A stretch of 64,000 nucleotides of DNA from Flaccisagitta enflata (GCA_965153355.1 OZ231126.1:28024001-28088000), one strand, 5' to 3'; shown: positions 1-41,157, numbered from the stretch's first letter. Notes: generated from the letters alone by a model not told the origin. Numbers and translations: made by a program.

Positions 1-325
1 CACATTTTTTGGTATTTTATGTCGTCGTGACTAAAAAGTTGTAAAATTGCCCTATTGGGTGTTTCTGTCTACTTTTTTCTCAATCACCATCACTCTCTTC
101 TTGGGCTAATCAATGGACAAGATATGCCATGAAGACCTGAAATATTGTTTTTATTAGGGGAAAGGTAAAATACCCATTTTTATGAAAAAAAGGCATTAAA
201 CAAGTGCTTTAACAGCAATCTTGAACAACTAATGGGAAAAGGCCCAACCATGAAAAACGCCAAATTCATATGACAAGCATGTAAAATTGGTTGATGACTA
301 CACTGATGCTGATTGTCTTTCCTCT

Positions 326-327
326 CG

Positions 328-417
<90 letters not shown>

Positions 418-542
418 TCGTTGTCATTGTTTTTGTTGTCGTTGTTTTTGTCATTTTTGTTGTTTTTCTGTCGTTGTTTTTGTGGTTGTTGTTATTGCCG
501 TTGTTGTTGTTGTTTACGTTATTACTGCTTTCATTGTTTTTC

Positions 543-604
<62 letters not shown>

Positions 605-820
605 ATTGTTATTGTTGTTATTGTTATTGTTGTGGTTGTTGTCAGTGTTGCTATAATTGTTAAAATTTTTGTTTTTGCTGTTGTATTCATTGTTGTTAAT
701 CTCGTTGCTGTTTTGATTGTTGTTTTACTTGTTCTTGTTATTGTTCTTATCAATGTTGTTTGCATTGTTGTCATTGTTATTTGCATTGTTGTTCTCGTTG
801 TTGTTGTTGTTGTTGTTTTT
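326..820. repeat. (GTT)n microsatellite and degenerate derivatives
   Basis: Long pure and degenerate GTT runs; they explain the poly-V/C/L/T ORFs. Confidence 0.95.
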
Positions 821-985
821 TTTTTTCTTGCAGTTGTGTTCGGTGCTTTGATTTCAGAGTCTTGTTACTTTTGCCATTGATTTGATCCTTCTTGACTGCG
901 CACAAAACATTTAATACGCGAACACTAGAAATTGGTATCTCCGTTGTTATCCATTTTGAAACCCCAGCCAGGAGTGTTTTTTTCC

Positions 986-1477
<492 letters not shown>

Positions 1478-2615
1478 GTAATATTGCGTCCGAGTCTTTC
1501 TCTTTCTCTTTTTCTTTCTCTCTCTCTCAGGGCAGGTTATAGACGATCCTGCTTTGAAAGGGCTGGTCGCTCGCTACGATTGTTCGCTCACTCCGCTCAC
1601 TCGCTCTGCTTTGCTCACTCCGCTCAAAATGGCGCCAAGCGCAATCTTTCATCTTTTTTTGTTCAGAAATGACATTCCTACAAAATTGGGTGTGAAGTTG
1701 AAGTAATTTCTTAAGTTTATTCAAACTTTATCTAACTTTGCAAGCTTGTTACTTAGTTGTTTTTCAACCGATTTAGACGAAATTCATGATGAAAAGAAAG
1801 ATTCTTTTGTGTTCTTCAAAATGGCGCAAAGCGCGATCTTCTATTTTTTTTAATCGCATGCACGCGACTCTACAACCCGCTTTGTCAGTCGGTCGGTTGG
1901 TTACACTTTACTTTTTTGCAATTTTATTTCTTTGTCCTTACTGCTCCTGCCCAAATGGTCTGGTGACCTCAAACATGGCCCCTGCCCACCCACCTCTCTT
2001 GGTAGCCGTGTATCCAGCCTTGTTCATTTAGAAATGACATTCTTCCAAAGTTGGGGGAGAATTATCAAAAATTTACTCAAACTTCATCTGACTTTGGGCA
2101 CTTGTTTCTCAGTTGTTTTTTCACCAATTTAGATAAAATTCAGGTTGAAAAGAAAGAATTTTATGTGTTCTTCAAAATGGCGCCAATCGTGATCTTCTTT
2201 CTTTTTTTGTTTAGAAGTAATGTGCATACAAAGATAGAGGGGTATTTTAGCTTTTATGCTTGTGAGATGATAATCTTTTATGAGCAAAATCTGAGATGTG
2301 CGACGTTGAAATTGCGTCCTAACTCCCTTCCCCGACCTCGGGGACGTAAATTTAAATATTCAGAAAGAACAAGGCCGGATACGGCCAATACCAGTCGCGG
2401 ACGGGTGGGCAGGGGCGGAAATGCATGTTTTTCCACTTTTTGACTCGTGCTCACGGACCAACGGACGGACGGACAAAGCCTAGTATAGAGTCGCTTGTCC
2501 GCAACTAAAAATACTCCAGAGTGGAGTAGCCAATTGGATAGTATTGGTGTAACTGACCTTGTTGATTTTTGACTATTTCGTTGTAGCTTTTGCTAAGTAA
2601 TAGGCTGTTTCTTTT

Positions 2616-2778
2616 TAGTTGCGGACACGCAACTCTATAAGAGGCTTTGTCCGTCCGTCCGTCGGTCGGTCGGTCGGTCGGTCGGTCGGTCGGTGAGCAC
2701 GAGTCGAAAAGTGTGAAAACGCGCATTTCCGCTCTTGCCCACCCGTCCGCAACTGGTGGCCGTGTATCCGGCCTTGTT
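2616..2778. mobile_element. Non-autonomous Helentron/DINE-1-like element (HINE), family A; many copies in window
   Basis: Terminal hairpin AGTTGCGgacaCGCAACT, (GTCC/GTCG)n tract, subterminal inverted copy GTCCGCAACT, small hairpin GCCGtgtatcCGGC, end CTTGTT, T-rich insertion site. Other copies near 25984-26143, 26680-26826, 34024-34190 (reverse), 56584-56738 and 58198-58344. Confidence 0.7.
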
Positions 2779-3668
2779 TTTTATCGCGTCAACGCGCGTT
2801 GTCATGGAATGAAAATGAAAACAGATTTGAATTGGTCATACTCTGGGGATATGACATGCAGCTCACGTTACCTCACGTCGCCAAAGTTGAGCCATAACAA
2901 CCCTTTATTTTAAACTTCCTTAATTCTTTGATTTTTTACTCAAATTTTTTGGAGAAAAAAAATCACCCAGACATGATTTTGGCCAAAAATGAATGATATT
3001 CATTGCATTTGAACAATATTCTTCCATATTTGTTGCGTGGGATCTATTCTAACGCAGGGAGAAAATTCCGACATAGCATTTTCGCTCGCTCTTTCGAGGA
3101 ACAAACCCAAGTTGACTTTCCTACTTTCAGGGTACGACTATTTTCTTTTGAACGAATTCTACCACTTAGTTTTGATTTTTGAACTTCTTAAGGTCAGAGA
3201 AAGTCACTATCAAGAAATTCTTCGATCAATTTGTTATCTTTGATTACTAATGAAACCCGATTTTTGTGTGTCATAGTGCAATTGAGATTGAGGTGAAACA
3301 TTGATGAGTTATCCTTTGCTACATTCTGTTAGGAACAATAAAATGTTTCCTCAACCTCTTCTGCGATGATTTCCATTGCAATCTGGTTTTCTTAATTTTT
3401 GATATTACTAGAATTAATTTTAGCTATCTTCCTAGGCCGTAAGAATTAATTTGACAGCAGATTCCTCTTAGTTGGACACGAATTTGCGTGATACAAGAAA
3501 AAAATTAATTCTTACGGCATGTTTGGGGGGTTGCCAGCCCCCCCTGGCGTTTCGATCCTGCCCGATCATTTGGAGATGCATATCTGCGCTTCTGCCCATG
3601 AATCTCCCAGATCTGTGACCCTGCCCAAAAATCTTGCAAATCCATGCCCCTGCCCGTTAATTCTACAG

Positions 3669-30110
<26,442 letters not shown>

Positions 30111-30293
30111 AATCCAAGTCAATGATGTTACTCTCGAAGGTTTATATCTAAGTTGCAATTGTTGTTGCTTACAGTTTATCTTTTTATAAATGGTGGTAGT
30201 CTCGCTTTGGAAGCAAATCAACCTTTCTCTTTGCATAATTGCATTTGATCCATCGTATGTATAAGTTTGGTGTAACGCTAAATTTTCACTCAG

Positions 30294-30385
<92 letters not shown>

Positions 30386-30533
30386 GTTATCACACCGTTG
30401 TTTTTTTAGACGCCAATTTTGGTCGAATAAATTTTGCCGAGTTTTCACTTTTTATTCGCTTACTCGACGAAATTGATCAGAGTGGTCACGCAACCACTAG
30501 AAGTTTAACAGAATAAATGTTACGTAAATCTTC

Positions 30534-30700
30534 TCCACTCCGTAACACTCACGCTAAAACTTCACTCCACTCCATGAAATGTAACACTAACACTTTACTC
30601 CATAACACTAACACTGAACTCAATAGCACTCCATAACGCTAACACTTCACGCCACTCCATAAAACTAACACTTCACTCCACACCATAATACTTCGCTCTA
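30534..30700 (+). repeat. Degenerate minisatellite (CACTCCATAACACTAACACTT...)
   Basis: About six related 22-30 bp units. Confidence 0.7.
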
Positions 30701-31087
30701 CAGCCGTCGCCCTATTTTTCCTTTGTACCATCTTGGCCATAAATATAAGAACAGTAGATGTATAAGTTGATTTATTGACTAGAAGTGAGCAGCAAACATA
30801 TCAGACTGCATCTAATATCTAGTATGACCATGTTGGACATCCACCAACGCCTGCATTCACTTTGGCATTGACTTGTAGAGAGACTGATGGTACTCTGGAG
30901 TGATGTTGTTTCAAACCATTTACGCGATTCATTTCAGCCCTGCTTTGCATGTTGTTTTCCCCTGTTTCTGCAGGTTTTACGTTTGAATCTTTGAGTTCTC
31001 AATTGGATTGAGACCCAAATTGATGAGGTTAACTTGTTGATTTTACAGTATCATTTCGATTGAAAGACCTGATTCCTTGGATGATTA

Positions 31088-31808
31088 CAGATGGAACACT
31101 ATTTTAAAGAGAGGAGGCAGCAAAAGTTTTAGCCACCCCCCCCCCCTACAGGTAAATTGGTTTCATCAATTTTTTGAGTGAAATTGGTTTTGAACATTTG
31201 AGGGGATTTGTTGTGGCGCCACCACGGCGATTTTTGAGTTTCGATCTAGAACCCCCTAATTTGCCCCCTTTTAGCCCCTAGATGACCACCCTGCCAAAGT
31301 AAAAAAAAATTGAAAATTTTTTTTTCATAATTTTTGCATATTTTTTTGAAGAATAGTGTTGAATGGTGTCCATATACACTTTAAATCACAATTTTTTGGT
31401 TTGTTTTGAGTTTTTTCATTAAAAAAATCAATTTTCAAATTTTAGATTCTTAATTTTTATTTTTTCTCAACTTATTTTTTCCATGAAAAACCTCAAAACA
31501 AACAAAAAATTGTGATTTTTAGTGAATACCGACATCATTTAACAGTATTCTACAAAAAAATTTGCAAATATTGAGAAAAAATTTTTTTCAATTTTTTTAC
31601 CGTCGGCGGGGTGGTCATTTAGGGGTTAAAAGGGGGCAAATATGGGGGTTCTGGATTGAAACTCAAAAATCGCCATGGTGGCGCCACAATAAATCTCCCC
31701 AAGTATTCAAAACCATTTTCAGTCAGTACATTGATGAAACCAATTTACCTGTAGGGGGGGTGGCTAAAACTTTTGCTGCCTCCTCTCCTTAAAATAGTGT
31801 TCCGTCTG
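31088..31808. mobile_element. Tc1/mariner-type MITE (near-palindromic, TA TSD)
   Basis: TA|CAGATGGAACACTATTTTAA...TTAAAATAGTGTTCCGTCTG|TA; inverted arms extend about 300 bp. Confidence 0.85.
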
Positions 31809-32732
31809 TACTGTGTATCAAATGCATTGACTTTATTCAGGGGAACGAAAATTTAAATGAGAATTAATTTTTAAAATCTTACGACACAAGTAAAAAATGC
31901 GACAACATCAGTGGACATGATAAGTGTAATTGCATCTTTTTGAATCAAATTAGAAAATCCTGGTGAGGTTAATATTTGCCTAACTAGTTGATGTTGAATA
32001 AAATAATTGGCTGTTCTGCCTTATAATTTGGCCCAGTGTGCCAGTTCACCATTCTTTATAAATTAAGAAATATTTGCCCAACCACACTTGCAAAAAGCAA
32101 ATGTTTTATTCATTTGGCTCTCATTTCTAAAAGAAGAAAGATACAGGAACCAGCTAGGTTTCATTTGATAGATTTTTTGAAGATGCAAATTTTGAGAAAA
32201 AAAAATAAACTCTCTGCGATTAAAATTAGGCATGTTATGACACTTTAAAGCTGTTCTTATATTTATGTCCAAGATGGTACCTGTTAGCTACAAATTTGCT
32301 ACTTATCTGTTCGGTCATTATCTTTACCACAGGCTGGGATAATGGACATTGCCTAACTTCATGTGGATTAGTGTTTGGACCATTTGTAGGGGACCAATTG
32401 TAACAGAAAAGAGGTTTTAATTTCATTTAAACGCACCAACATTCCCATGACAATTCTAATTTTGAAAATTTAGTGAGCAATTGAGATGTGCCTGTCCCTT
32501 TACCAAACTCAAGTCGTTGTGGAAAGATAGAATTCGAGATCCATGCTGCTAGGCCTCATTTGATTAGCACGCGTAAAACACTAGAACAGAGTAAGACGCA
32601 GAAGTACGAAAAAAGTGTCGTTTCACTCCCAACTGCCTCAGGGAATTTCATGTTTACGTTAACTAACTTCCGGTGCTTTTCATCAGCTAATACCCATGTT
32701 TGTGTGATCAGTTTACAATCAGTCCTTGTTTT

Positions 32733-33030
32733 TAGATGCGTCCTCGCATCTCTATAAGAGGGTTTGTCCGTCCGTCCGTCGGTCCGTCCGTCGGTCCGTC
32801 CGTCGGTCCGTCCGTCCGTTACGCCTATGCAAAAACCGCGTCTCTCGGCTGTTTTTGGCCACGGTGAGATCCTATACCAAAACAAATGATCAACCAACAT
32901 GTTTTGAGAGCCTCCTTTACTACTCAGTCGTTTTTCCCGTCTGTATGTCTATCTGTCTCTACATATATGTCACATGATCAATACACGCAGCGACACAGTT
33001 CGGACGCATCTTTGCCCGGTCGGGCTTGTT
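32733..33030. mobile_element. HINE-like element, family D
   Basis: Hairpin AGATGCGtcctCGCATCT, (GTCC)n tract, subterminal GGACGCATC, end GCCCGgtCGGGCTTGTT. Relatives at 3893-4183 and 12241-12391. Confidence 0.7.
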
Positions 33031-33360
33031 TGTTCACTTCCTAGATTTCCTTTTTTCCTTGGTCTCTTCTTTAAACTAGTAATAGTATCGTCTATTTCAG
33101 ATACATTTTATCCTAGTTTTGTTCCATCTGAAACCAAAGTCGGCCATGTGGCATGTCGTCCCTGGGCAGGCAGTTTCATTTTACCCGTTTTTCACCCATT
33201 CCTGTGTTATTCTTGACGCAGTCCCTGAGTTTCATTTTATGTCATTATCTTCAGTCTTAGTTATAGGTCATTTGTCATTTGTTTCATGCGTCTTCAGTGA
33301 TGAGTATTACTCATTGAGTAATTCATCAGACCACCAAACATTTTGAGTCAAATCATAATT

Positions 33361-33541
33361 CCGTCATTTAGAAGTAATCCGTCATGTGGTCTTTCATCGT
33401 CTGTCACAAAGTCGTCATCCATCACTAGAAGTAATCCGTTACCCAGTTTTTCATCGTCTTTCACAAAGTTGACAACCATCATTTAGTAGTAATCCGTCAC
33501 CCAGTCTTTCATCTTCTGTCACAAAGTCGTCAACCGTCACT
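33361..33541. repeat. Three ~58-bp tandem repeats overlapping the TRPM stop codon / 3' UTR
   Basis: Unit CCGTCATTTAGAAGTAATCCGTCA...CTTTCATCGTCTGTCACAAAGTCGTCA at about 33361, 33419 and 33476. Confidence 0.8.
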
Positions 33542-36500
33542 TTTGTTTGAATCTCCCGAGAAATTTCTGGATCTTCTTCTGTCTTTTGGCGTGAGTTTGC
33601 TGAGGTCTTCGATTGAAGTCGCTGAAATCGCCCTTGGCAGTTTACCAGACGCCGTCAGTCCAGACATCTTCAAAATTTCAAACTTTAATCTTCTCACTTC
33701 GTCTGTGATTTCCACGAGCCCCAATGCTTCGGGGGACACTGGCTTGCCAGCTACACCTCCTCCTCTTCCTCCTGCGTCCTCTTCCGCCGTCGCGCCGATG
33801 AGTCCGACTTTGCAGTGATGATTCTGCAGCATCTTCTCCCAATTTTGAATGTAGTTGACGAGCTGCGCAAACGGATTTTCTTTGTCGCGTACTCCATTCA
33901 CGCGAATTTTGAGCGTGGAACAGTCAAACCTTATCAAAGATAGTTAAAAAATCAGAGTGGAATTCAATCAACAAAGAAACAAGAAAACAAAAACTATAGA
34001 AAGAAGAACCGCATAAGCAATTAAACAAGGCCGGATACACGGCCATCAGTTGCGGACGGGTGGGCAGGGGCGGAAATGCGCGTTTTCCCACTTTTCGACT
34101 CGATGGTTATGGACGGACCGACGGACGGACCGACGGACGGACGGACGGACGGACGGACAAAGCCTCTTATAGAGTTGCGTGTCCGCAACTAAAAATAAAC
34201 AGAAAAACAAACAAAACAACCAAAACAAACTTTTTGTCTTTCCATTACCTGTCGCTAGGCTTCACGACTGTGAAATGCCTTTTGCTGCCGGTGATTTTAC
34301 GAAACAAAAGACATCCAAGAACGGCCACGTCGAGAAACAAGCTGAGAGGCGCCGGCAAGATGGCGCGATTGTGATACTCGAAAATGACGGCTTTACGATA
34401 AATATTCCAATTACGATCGGCCTGCGCTTGGACCGAATCGATGCTGTATTGGAAAATGGCGATCATGAGATTGAGCAAGAGCACGACGGTGATGAGCACG
34501 TAGATGATGCGCATCAACGGCGCCAGGAACAAGATCATGGATACGCGGTATTCGTAGGCGTAAGCCGAAGTGTCGTTACGTTGAGGCAAATATTCATCGT
34601 AGGCGTCGATGAAACTCTCGCCGAATAAATGCCAAAATGGCTGAGAAATGAGACTATCGATGAAATACACGACGTCCGTCGGTTTGACTTTCAACAGATA
34701 ATCGACGATAGTTGACGAACCGTTTCGACTTCCGAAATCGCTTCCTCCTCCGCCTCCGATGAGGAACTCCTTAGAGACGGTCTTCAAGGCGACTTTAAGC
34801 CAGACCGCGTAAGCGACGGCGAAGATCATGACGTAGAGGAAGATCTTGAGTACGTCGTCGATCATGAGTCGGATCATGATCAACTTCGGACCGAGACTCT
34901 CGCTGACCGCGAACAACTGCAGCAATCGCAGACACCAACAAACGAAGTAAAACGAGTAACAGTTGAGGACGAAGACGTAGCGAGTTTCCACAGTGACGCC
35001 CGCAGTCTCCATCCCAGTCGACGCCCATTTCGGGAATTGATATCCTTTTTTTTTGGGTAATATAAAATGGCGGATTTTTTGGTAATAACTATTTTCGTTT
35101 CGTATTTTGGTAAAAATTGTTTTTGTTTCCTTAATGTGCTTCTGAATTCAAATTTAGTTTTTTTTTCTATTTCAAAACGTTTTTGATTGGGAATTTTGTG
35201 TTTTTTTAAGCCCAAAAAGAAAATTGGAACTGATCACGCAATAAGGACTAAATTTGATATTTACATTTTAATTTATTCATCGCACAACATCCATGAAATT
35301 TTATATTTAATTTGATGTTTCTTTTCTCTATTCTTTTTGCTTTCGCTTAGCACATCAAATTTGTTACCTTCGTCACTCTGTTAAAGGAAACAAGGCCGGA
35401 TACATGGCCACCGAAGTCGCGTGCGGGTGGGCAGATGCCATATTTGAGGTCATCAGACCATTTGGGCAGCAGCAGGGAGGTCAAAGTAATAAAATCATAA
35501 AAAAAGTAAAGTGATACCGACCGACCGACCAACCGACCGACGGACAAAGCGGGTTGTAGAGTCGCGTGCACGCGACTAAAAAAATACTTTCTACATAGCC
35601 ATAAGATGAGAAAAAAATCCACCATTTTCATTTCTTAAATTTTAAAAATAAGTAAATCACGAACCCGGATCGTGATTGAGATAGATGGAGAATCGGATGA
35701 TCATCATAACGATGAAATAAACGAAGAGAATCAGATCCAGACGATTCCACAACGAATCCCAATAAGACAGAAATCTGTGTTTGATCTTCGTGCTACGTTT
35801 CGTGATCGATTTGACGTCGCCGCGATAAAACTGCTTCGCCTCGTGAACGAAAAACGAGACCCAGTAGAAAATCAAGAGCAACTCCGTCGAGGAGGGCGCA
35901 GTCACGGCGAAGTCGCCGTTGGCAGACAGGATGAGAAAGGCGAAGACTAACAAATAAACGGAAAACGTAAAGACGTGCATGGAGAACTTCACTCTGGGTG
36001 TATCGACGTACAGCAGCAAATGCATCATCCAATCGTACAGCAACTCTTTGAAAGGCGTTCTCCTAGGTCCACCTTTTGAGAGATTCTCCTCGTAGATCAG
36101 ATCGACCGGGACGCCGACTTCCAACAGCAGATTGGCTTCGTCTTTCTTCAGGTCTTGCAGTCGACGGAGATCTTCTTTCTCTTCGGTATCATCCACGGGC
36201 CGGAACACTTTGTATTTCCCGCGATGAGGCCGATATCTGTGGAGTAGGGTCACGGAAGCGAGGAAGATCATAGCGCTGAAGGCGGCGATGGAGGAAGCGC
36301 TGATGTCGAACATGTAATCTTCCGAATACAGTCGTCCGGCGATGAAAACGAAGAAGAGAATGAAAGAGAGACTGACAAAGAAGTCGGTGAAGAGTCGTTT
36401 CCAGCTGTCGGGGCCGCAGCGCAGCCAAATGTCATCCAGATGGCGCTTGCAGACGGGGTTGGTCAGGAAACTCGCGTTATCGTCGTCTTTCGTGGCCAAT

Positions 36501-38479
36501 TGCAGACAGGACATGTTGCCCCGGGTTGTCATGTTACGCAATAGCAAGAATTTGGTACGCGCTTGCGACCTGTCGTCGCATTTGGACAGAAGCATGGAAG
36601 CCAATTCTTCATAGCGGTCTGCTTCTACCAGACGGATAATGTTAGATTCTGAGTGAGTTCTTGAAGATTGAATGAGTGAACGCAAAATGCTGCTGGCGAT
36701 TAATCCATTGGCGATGGGAAAATCGCAACGGCGCCAAAAGAAACGCGCCAAGTGGTAATGTTTGTACAGGAGACTCCAAATGAACAAATGGAACTCTTTG
36801 TCCATGCGCTCAAACTGGATCTGGCTTGGTTGAATAGGATCTCCGCCATCCGATTCCTCCATCTCAGTGATCAAAAACTGGACTTCCTCGGCTATTTGCT
36901 GGACGCCCCAAATGTTTTTGATTTCCGTTTCGCAGAGCTGCCTGACGAGACGCAGCATGATGCGGTTGGAGTGGTACAATTTGAGGAAATGCTCCCTCCG
37001 CAACAGCAGCAATACATGAGGATTGTAATTCATGAGCAAATTGACAAAATCTACGCTGCCATTTTGTAGGTAAGCCAGAAGACAGTCTTGCAGAACGTCT
37101 TCCTTTAGATAATCGAATTCTCCCAAAGCGTCCGTCGCGACATCCAGACAATTCCAGGATTGACAAAGCTTGAGCAAATCTGCGTTGAACGTGTCTGAGC
37201 AAATTTTCTCCTTGCTTTTCAAGTGACACTCGAGCAACAATTGTTGAATTTCAGATTCTTGAAAGTTGTTGCTGTCACATACGACAAACTGGTTGTAATG
37301 CTCGACGCAAACGCGGAAATCGGGATGTCTCCCAGGATCAACTTTGATGCCTTTTCGTTTGGGCATTTGAGACAAAATGGCGGTGATGACATCGGGCGTG
37401 ACTTCCGTGGTGGTATTCTTCAATTTTTGAATTATGGGCTCCAGTAATGAAGCCAACCCTCCGCTATCAGACACCAAAATGCAAGGAATTCCATTTTTCA
37501 GATTTTCCGAAAGACCTCTCAGCGTTTTCTTTCCACCACCCACGAGAAGTAAGGCCTTTGGGACCTTGAAAAAGTCGAACAACTTTTGCCGAAGCTTCCA
37601 TCCACCATAGCCGTCTCCACTGACACCCAGATAGTGAGTGTTGTTCGCATCCAATACCATTTCATTCTTGCGAAAGTCCCCCTTGTGGCGTCTGAAATCG
37701 TACGCTCGCCCTTCTTCGATGCTGCGCCTGCCGAGTATGGAATCCCATTTCAAAATGCCAATGCTCGTCACGGGAACGTTGCACTCCGAATTCCGGATGA
37801 CATTGCATTCTTTTGACAGCTCAGACACTCCCCGTCCGACGATTTTGTTGAAGGAAGTTCTGTATCCTTCGGTAAAGAGCCACGTGTTTTCTGTCATGCG
37901 AAACAAGCTTTTGATCGCCATCTTGAGGCATTCAACCGAAAAATGCGAATGCTCCACATCCCCCACAACATCGATGATCAGCTTTGGCTCTTTCAGCTTC
38001 CACCAACTATCTTGCAGACATTTGACCAGCGTGTTGAATTGCTCCGTTTCGTTTTTTTGGATATCCTCTGCCGGGATGACCAAGTAGCTTTTGGGTCCAA
38101 ATTCATATTTGGGGATTTTGGTTCCTTTTTGACTGAGGAAGTCGATATCGCCGGCTTTCCATCCAGGGGGAAGGGAAAATGAAGTTGACGTCGTTTCTTC
38201 GTGATCGGGATTGATTCTCACTCTTGGACCTTTGACTTCGCAACGAATCGCGTCCGGCTCATCGCGTTCCTCGTCGGATGAGCTGGAACTGGAACTATCG
38301 CTTCCGCTTCCGCTTCCGGTGTCATTTCTCGCTGATGCATCCCCGCCGCCGACGACGACGAGTTTGGAGGTGTCGATTTCGCCTTCAGCATTGATAGTGT
38401 CGACGCCGTCGTCGATCGTCGTTGCCCGACGAACCACCACAGTCGTTCCTTCTTCGATGTCGACAAATTTTGAAGCCAT
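33530..38479 (-). CDS. Trpm: TRPM-family (melastatin) cation channel-like protein, about 1336 aa, 3 coding exons
   Basis: Exons 38479-35665, 35044-34249 and 33929-33530, with consistent phases (1, 2). MHR/SLOG motifs WKLKEPKLIIDVVG, WLFTEG, LDANNTHYL, GIPCILVSDSGGLA, LFIWSLL...ARFFW; TM region YWDSLWNRLD, LRLLQLFAVSESLGPKLIMI, pore PFWHLFGE, S6 VLLLNLMIAIF, TRP box WNIYR, EYHNRAILPAPLS; short C-terminal coiled coil. Confidence 0.9.
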
Positions 38480-39890
38480 GTTTCACGTGATCACGAGGGA
38501 CGCTGAGGGCGTTGAGGGTTTTTTTTCTACTTACTGCGCCACGACAGGTGGTTGTTGCGGATACTGTCGGTTTTGTACATGTTGCTGTCGTTGGTATTTA
38601 TTGCCTAATTTTGATAATGCCTCTATTCAAAACATGACTGTTGTTGACTGCTCAAAGACTGTATTACTATCAGATAAAATGTCGGTTTTTTTTTTTGTTG
38701 TTTTTTATTTTTTTTTTTTAATGTCTTTGAACAATCGTGATTGATGTAAAATACTATCTTGGTCAAATTAAAAGTCCGCCATGTTTTCTTTCATTGTAGC
38801 TAATTCATTCAAAAAAACCTATAAAAATTGGTGACCATTAAAAAGCTCTGCAAAAATGCGATCTAATGCCACCAAGCAGAACTCTGTAGCTCAATTCGTT
38901 TAGATTTTATAGAAGAAAGAGTAAAATGATTCATTTTGATTTTTAAAGTAAAAATAATTGATTTCTGTTTTTGAAATTCTAGCAACTTCATTTGGATATT
39001 TTCTATACATAGAAATTATATAAAACATAAGAAAATTGGTGACCGTTGTAAAGAGCTTCAAAAGAGCTTTCATTTGCCACCAAGCAGAGCTCATTTGCTC
39101 AAATTGTTTAGATTTTATAACAAAATTAGTACAAGCCTCACCATAAAACCACAGTGGCAAAAATAGATAAAAGAGATGAGAAACCTGTCACATGCAAATC
39201 AGTGATGCTGCTATACGACACTATGAAAATCACTATACAAGCCATATCTTGTGACAAAATACACTAAAATAAACTTCTGTAATAAGAAAACAGATTTTTC
39301 TGATCAATACTCAAGATTCAAGAACTAAATTCAATTGACCAAGATAGTAGTTGCCTCAGTATTCGTTCATCGATAAAATCATCGGTTCAAATTTCAACAG
39401 AGGCGATTGCTGAGCAAGTGAGCTGAGGCTATGAGCGATAACCGACGATCTTTTTACAACACTTTCTTTCATTATATCTTTATTTTTCTCCTCTTTTTTC
39501 TTTTTGCCTTTCCCCTTTTTTTTCCCGTCGACGATGCAAATTAAGCGCAAATTCGAGTCAGTGAAAAAGTTGTTTTACTAGCTCCTGTGGGTCTCGATTC
39601 GATATAATTTACCAATAACCCACATATGACAAAAATTGAGATAGGAAGCCGAGAACAATCCGATCGGCAACCCGCAGTTAGGTTGGGAAGTTATCGGTCC
39701 GGTCGACTAATCTTGCTCGACTATTCTGATTGCAACACATATGATAGTATGATTTGTTTTAACTTTAGGCGTTAGGCTTCTCCCTATCTCCTGGCATGTG
39801 AAAAACTGAGTGTATTGATACGTCATCCTGCGCGTTTTCGTATCCGCGTACCTGTTACTCTCTCTCTCTCTTTCTTTCTTTCTTTTTTTT

Positions 39891-39922
<32 letters not shown>

Positions 39923-39958
39923 ATTCTTCTTTTTCTTTCTTTCTTCTTTTGCTTTTTT

Positions 39959-40026
<68 letters not shown>

Positions 40027-40073
40027 TTTTTTTTCTTATTTTCTGTTATTCATTCATTCATTCATATGATCAT

Positions 40074-40174
<101 letters not shown>

Positions 40175-41157
40175 GGTTGATCAGTCACGCCCTTTTTTGA
40201 ATAGCAGCTTCAAAGGGATCGATGGCTTATGCTTTCACACATTCCTCCTTATTTTTCGCCCCCCCCTCCACCTCTGGTCTTGAGGAGGAGATGGAGAGAA
40301 TTCCTCATACACTCTTTATTTTGAGTAAGGACAAAGTTTATAAGGACATTGAGGCTGAAATTTTGCCAAAAATTAAGGACATTTTAAGGACAAAGCCCAG
40401 CCTGAGATTTACAGAAAAAAAATTTTGATTAAAAACTTTGATTGTCTTAACGTATCTTCTTAGCCATGTTTTAAAAAAATGATAGTATTTATTTTTGCTA
40501 AATGATACAACATTCTATAAAGAACAACTACAAAGCGATTATTGTCATATCTAACTTGTGTTTTATAATATTGAAAATAAATTTTTTCAATGCATAAAAA
40601 TAATCATAAGAAAATATTAAGGACACGCTAAGGACATTTCAGCCTGAAATTTGCTAAAATCTAAGGACATCCCAGCCTCAGAAAAAATTTACTGGTCCTT
40701 ATATAAAATAAAGAGTGTATGTGTGAAAGCAAAGATAATCAACCCTTTTTGGGCCACTGCCCTGCTTTTTCCCTAAACTTTACCAACTACTTATAAGCAG
40801 GGCACGGGTACCACTGATCATCTGATACTTTTGCGATTATTATTATTGGAGAAAAGTCGAATTACGTTATTCGACTTTTTTACACATAAGTTTTCTAGTT
40901 TTGGTTTAAGACAATTTTTGGACGTTGAACCGTTTTTGAGCTGAGAGTAATATACATTTTTTTATATTTACAGGTAAGAAAGAGCTTATTTTTCTTTTTC
41001 AAATGGCGACAACCAGAGGTCTCGGGGATCAATATTTTCAATTTATGATTTTTTGAATCTTTTTTTTATATTTCGCATTTTCACAAAATATGATATTTTT
41101 GCATTGATCCTAATTTTTGGTTCTATATAACTAAAGAGAAACATCAAGATGTTACGC

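Noticed and set aside
35672-38744. Several plus-strand and alternate-frame ORFs over the TRPM exon
   Set aside because: Shadow ORFs of a long coding exon with no independent motifs.
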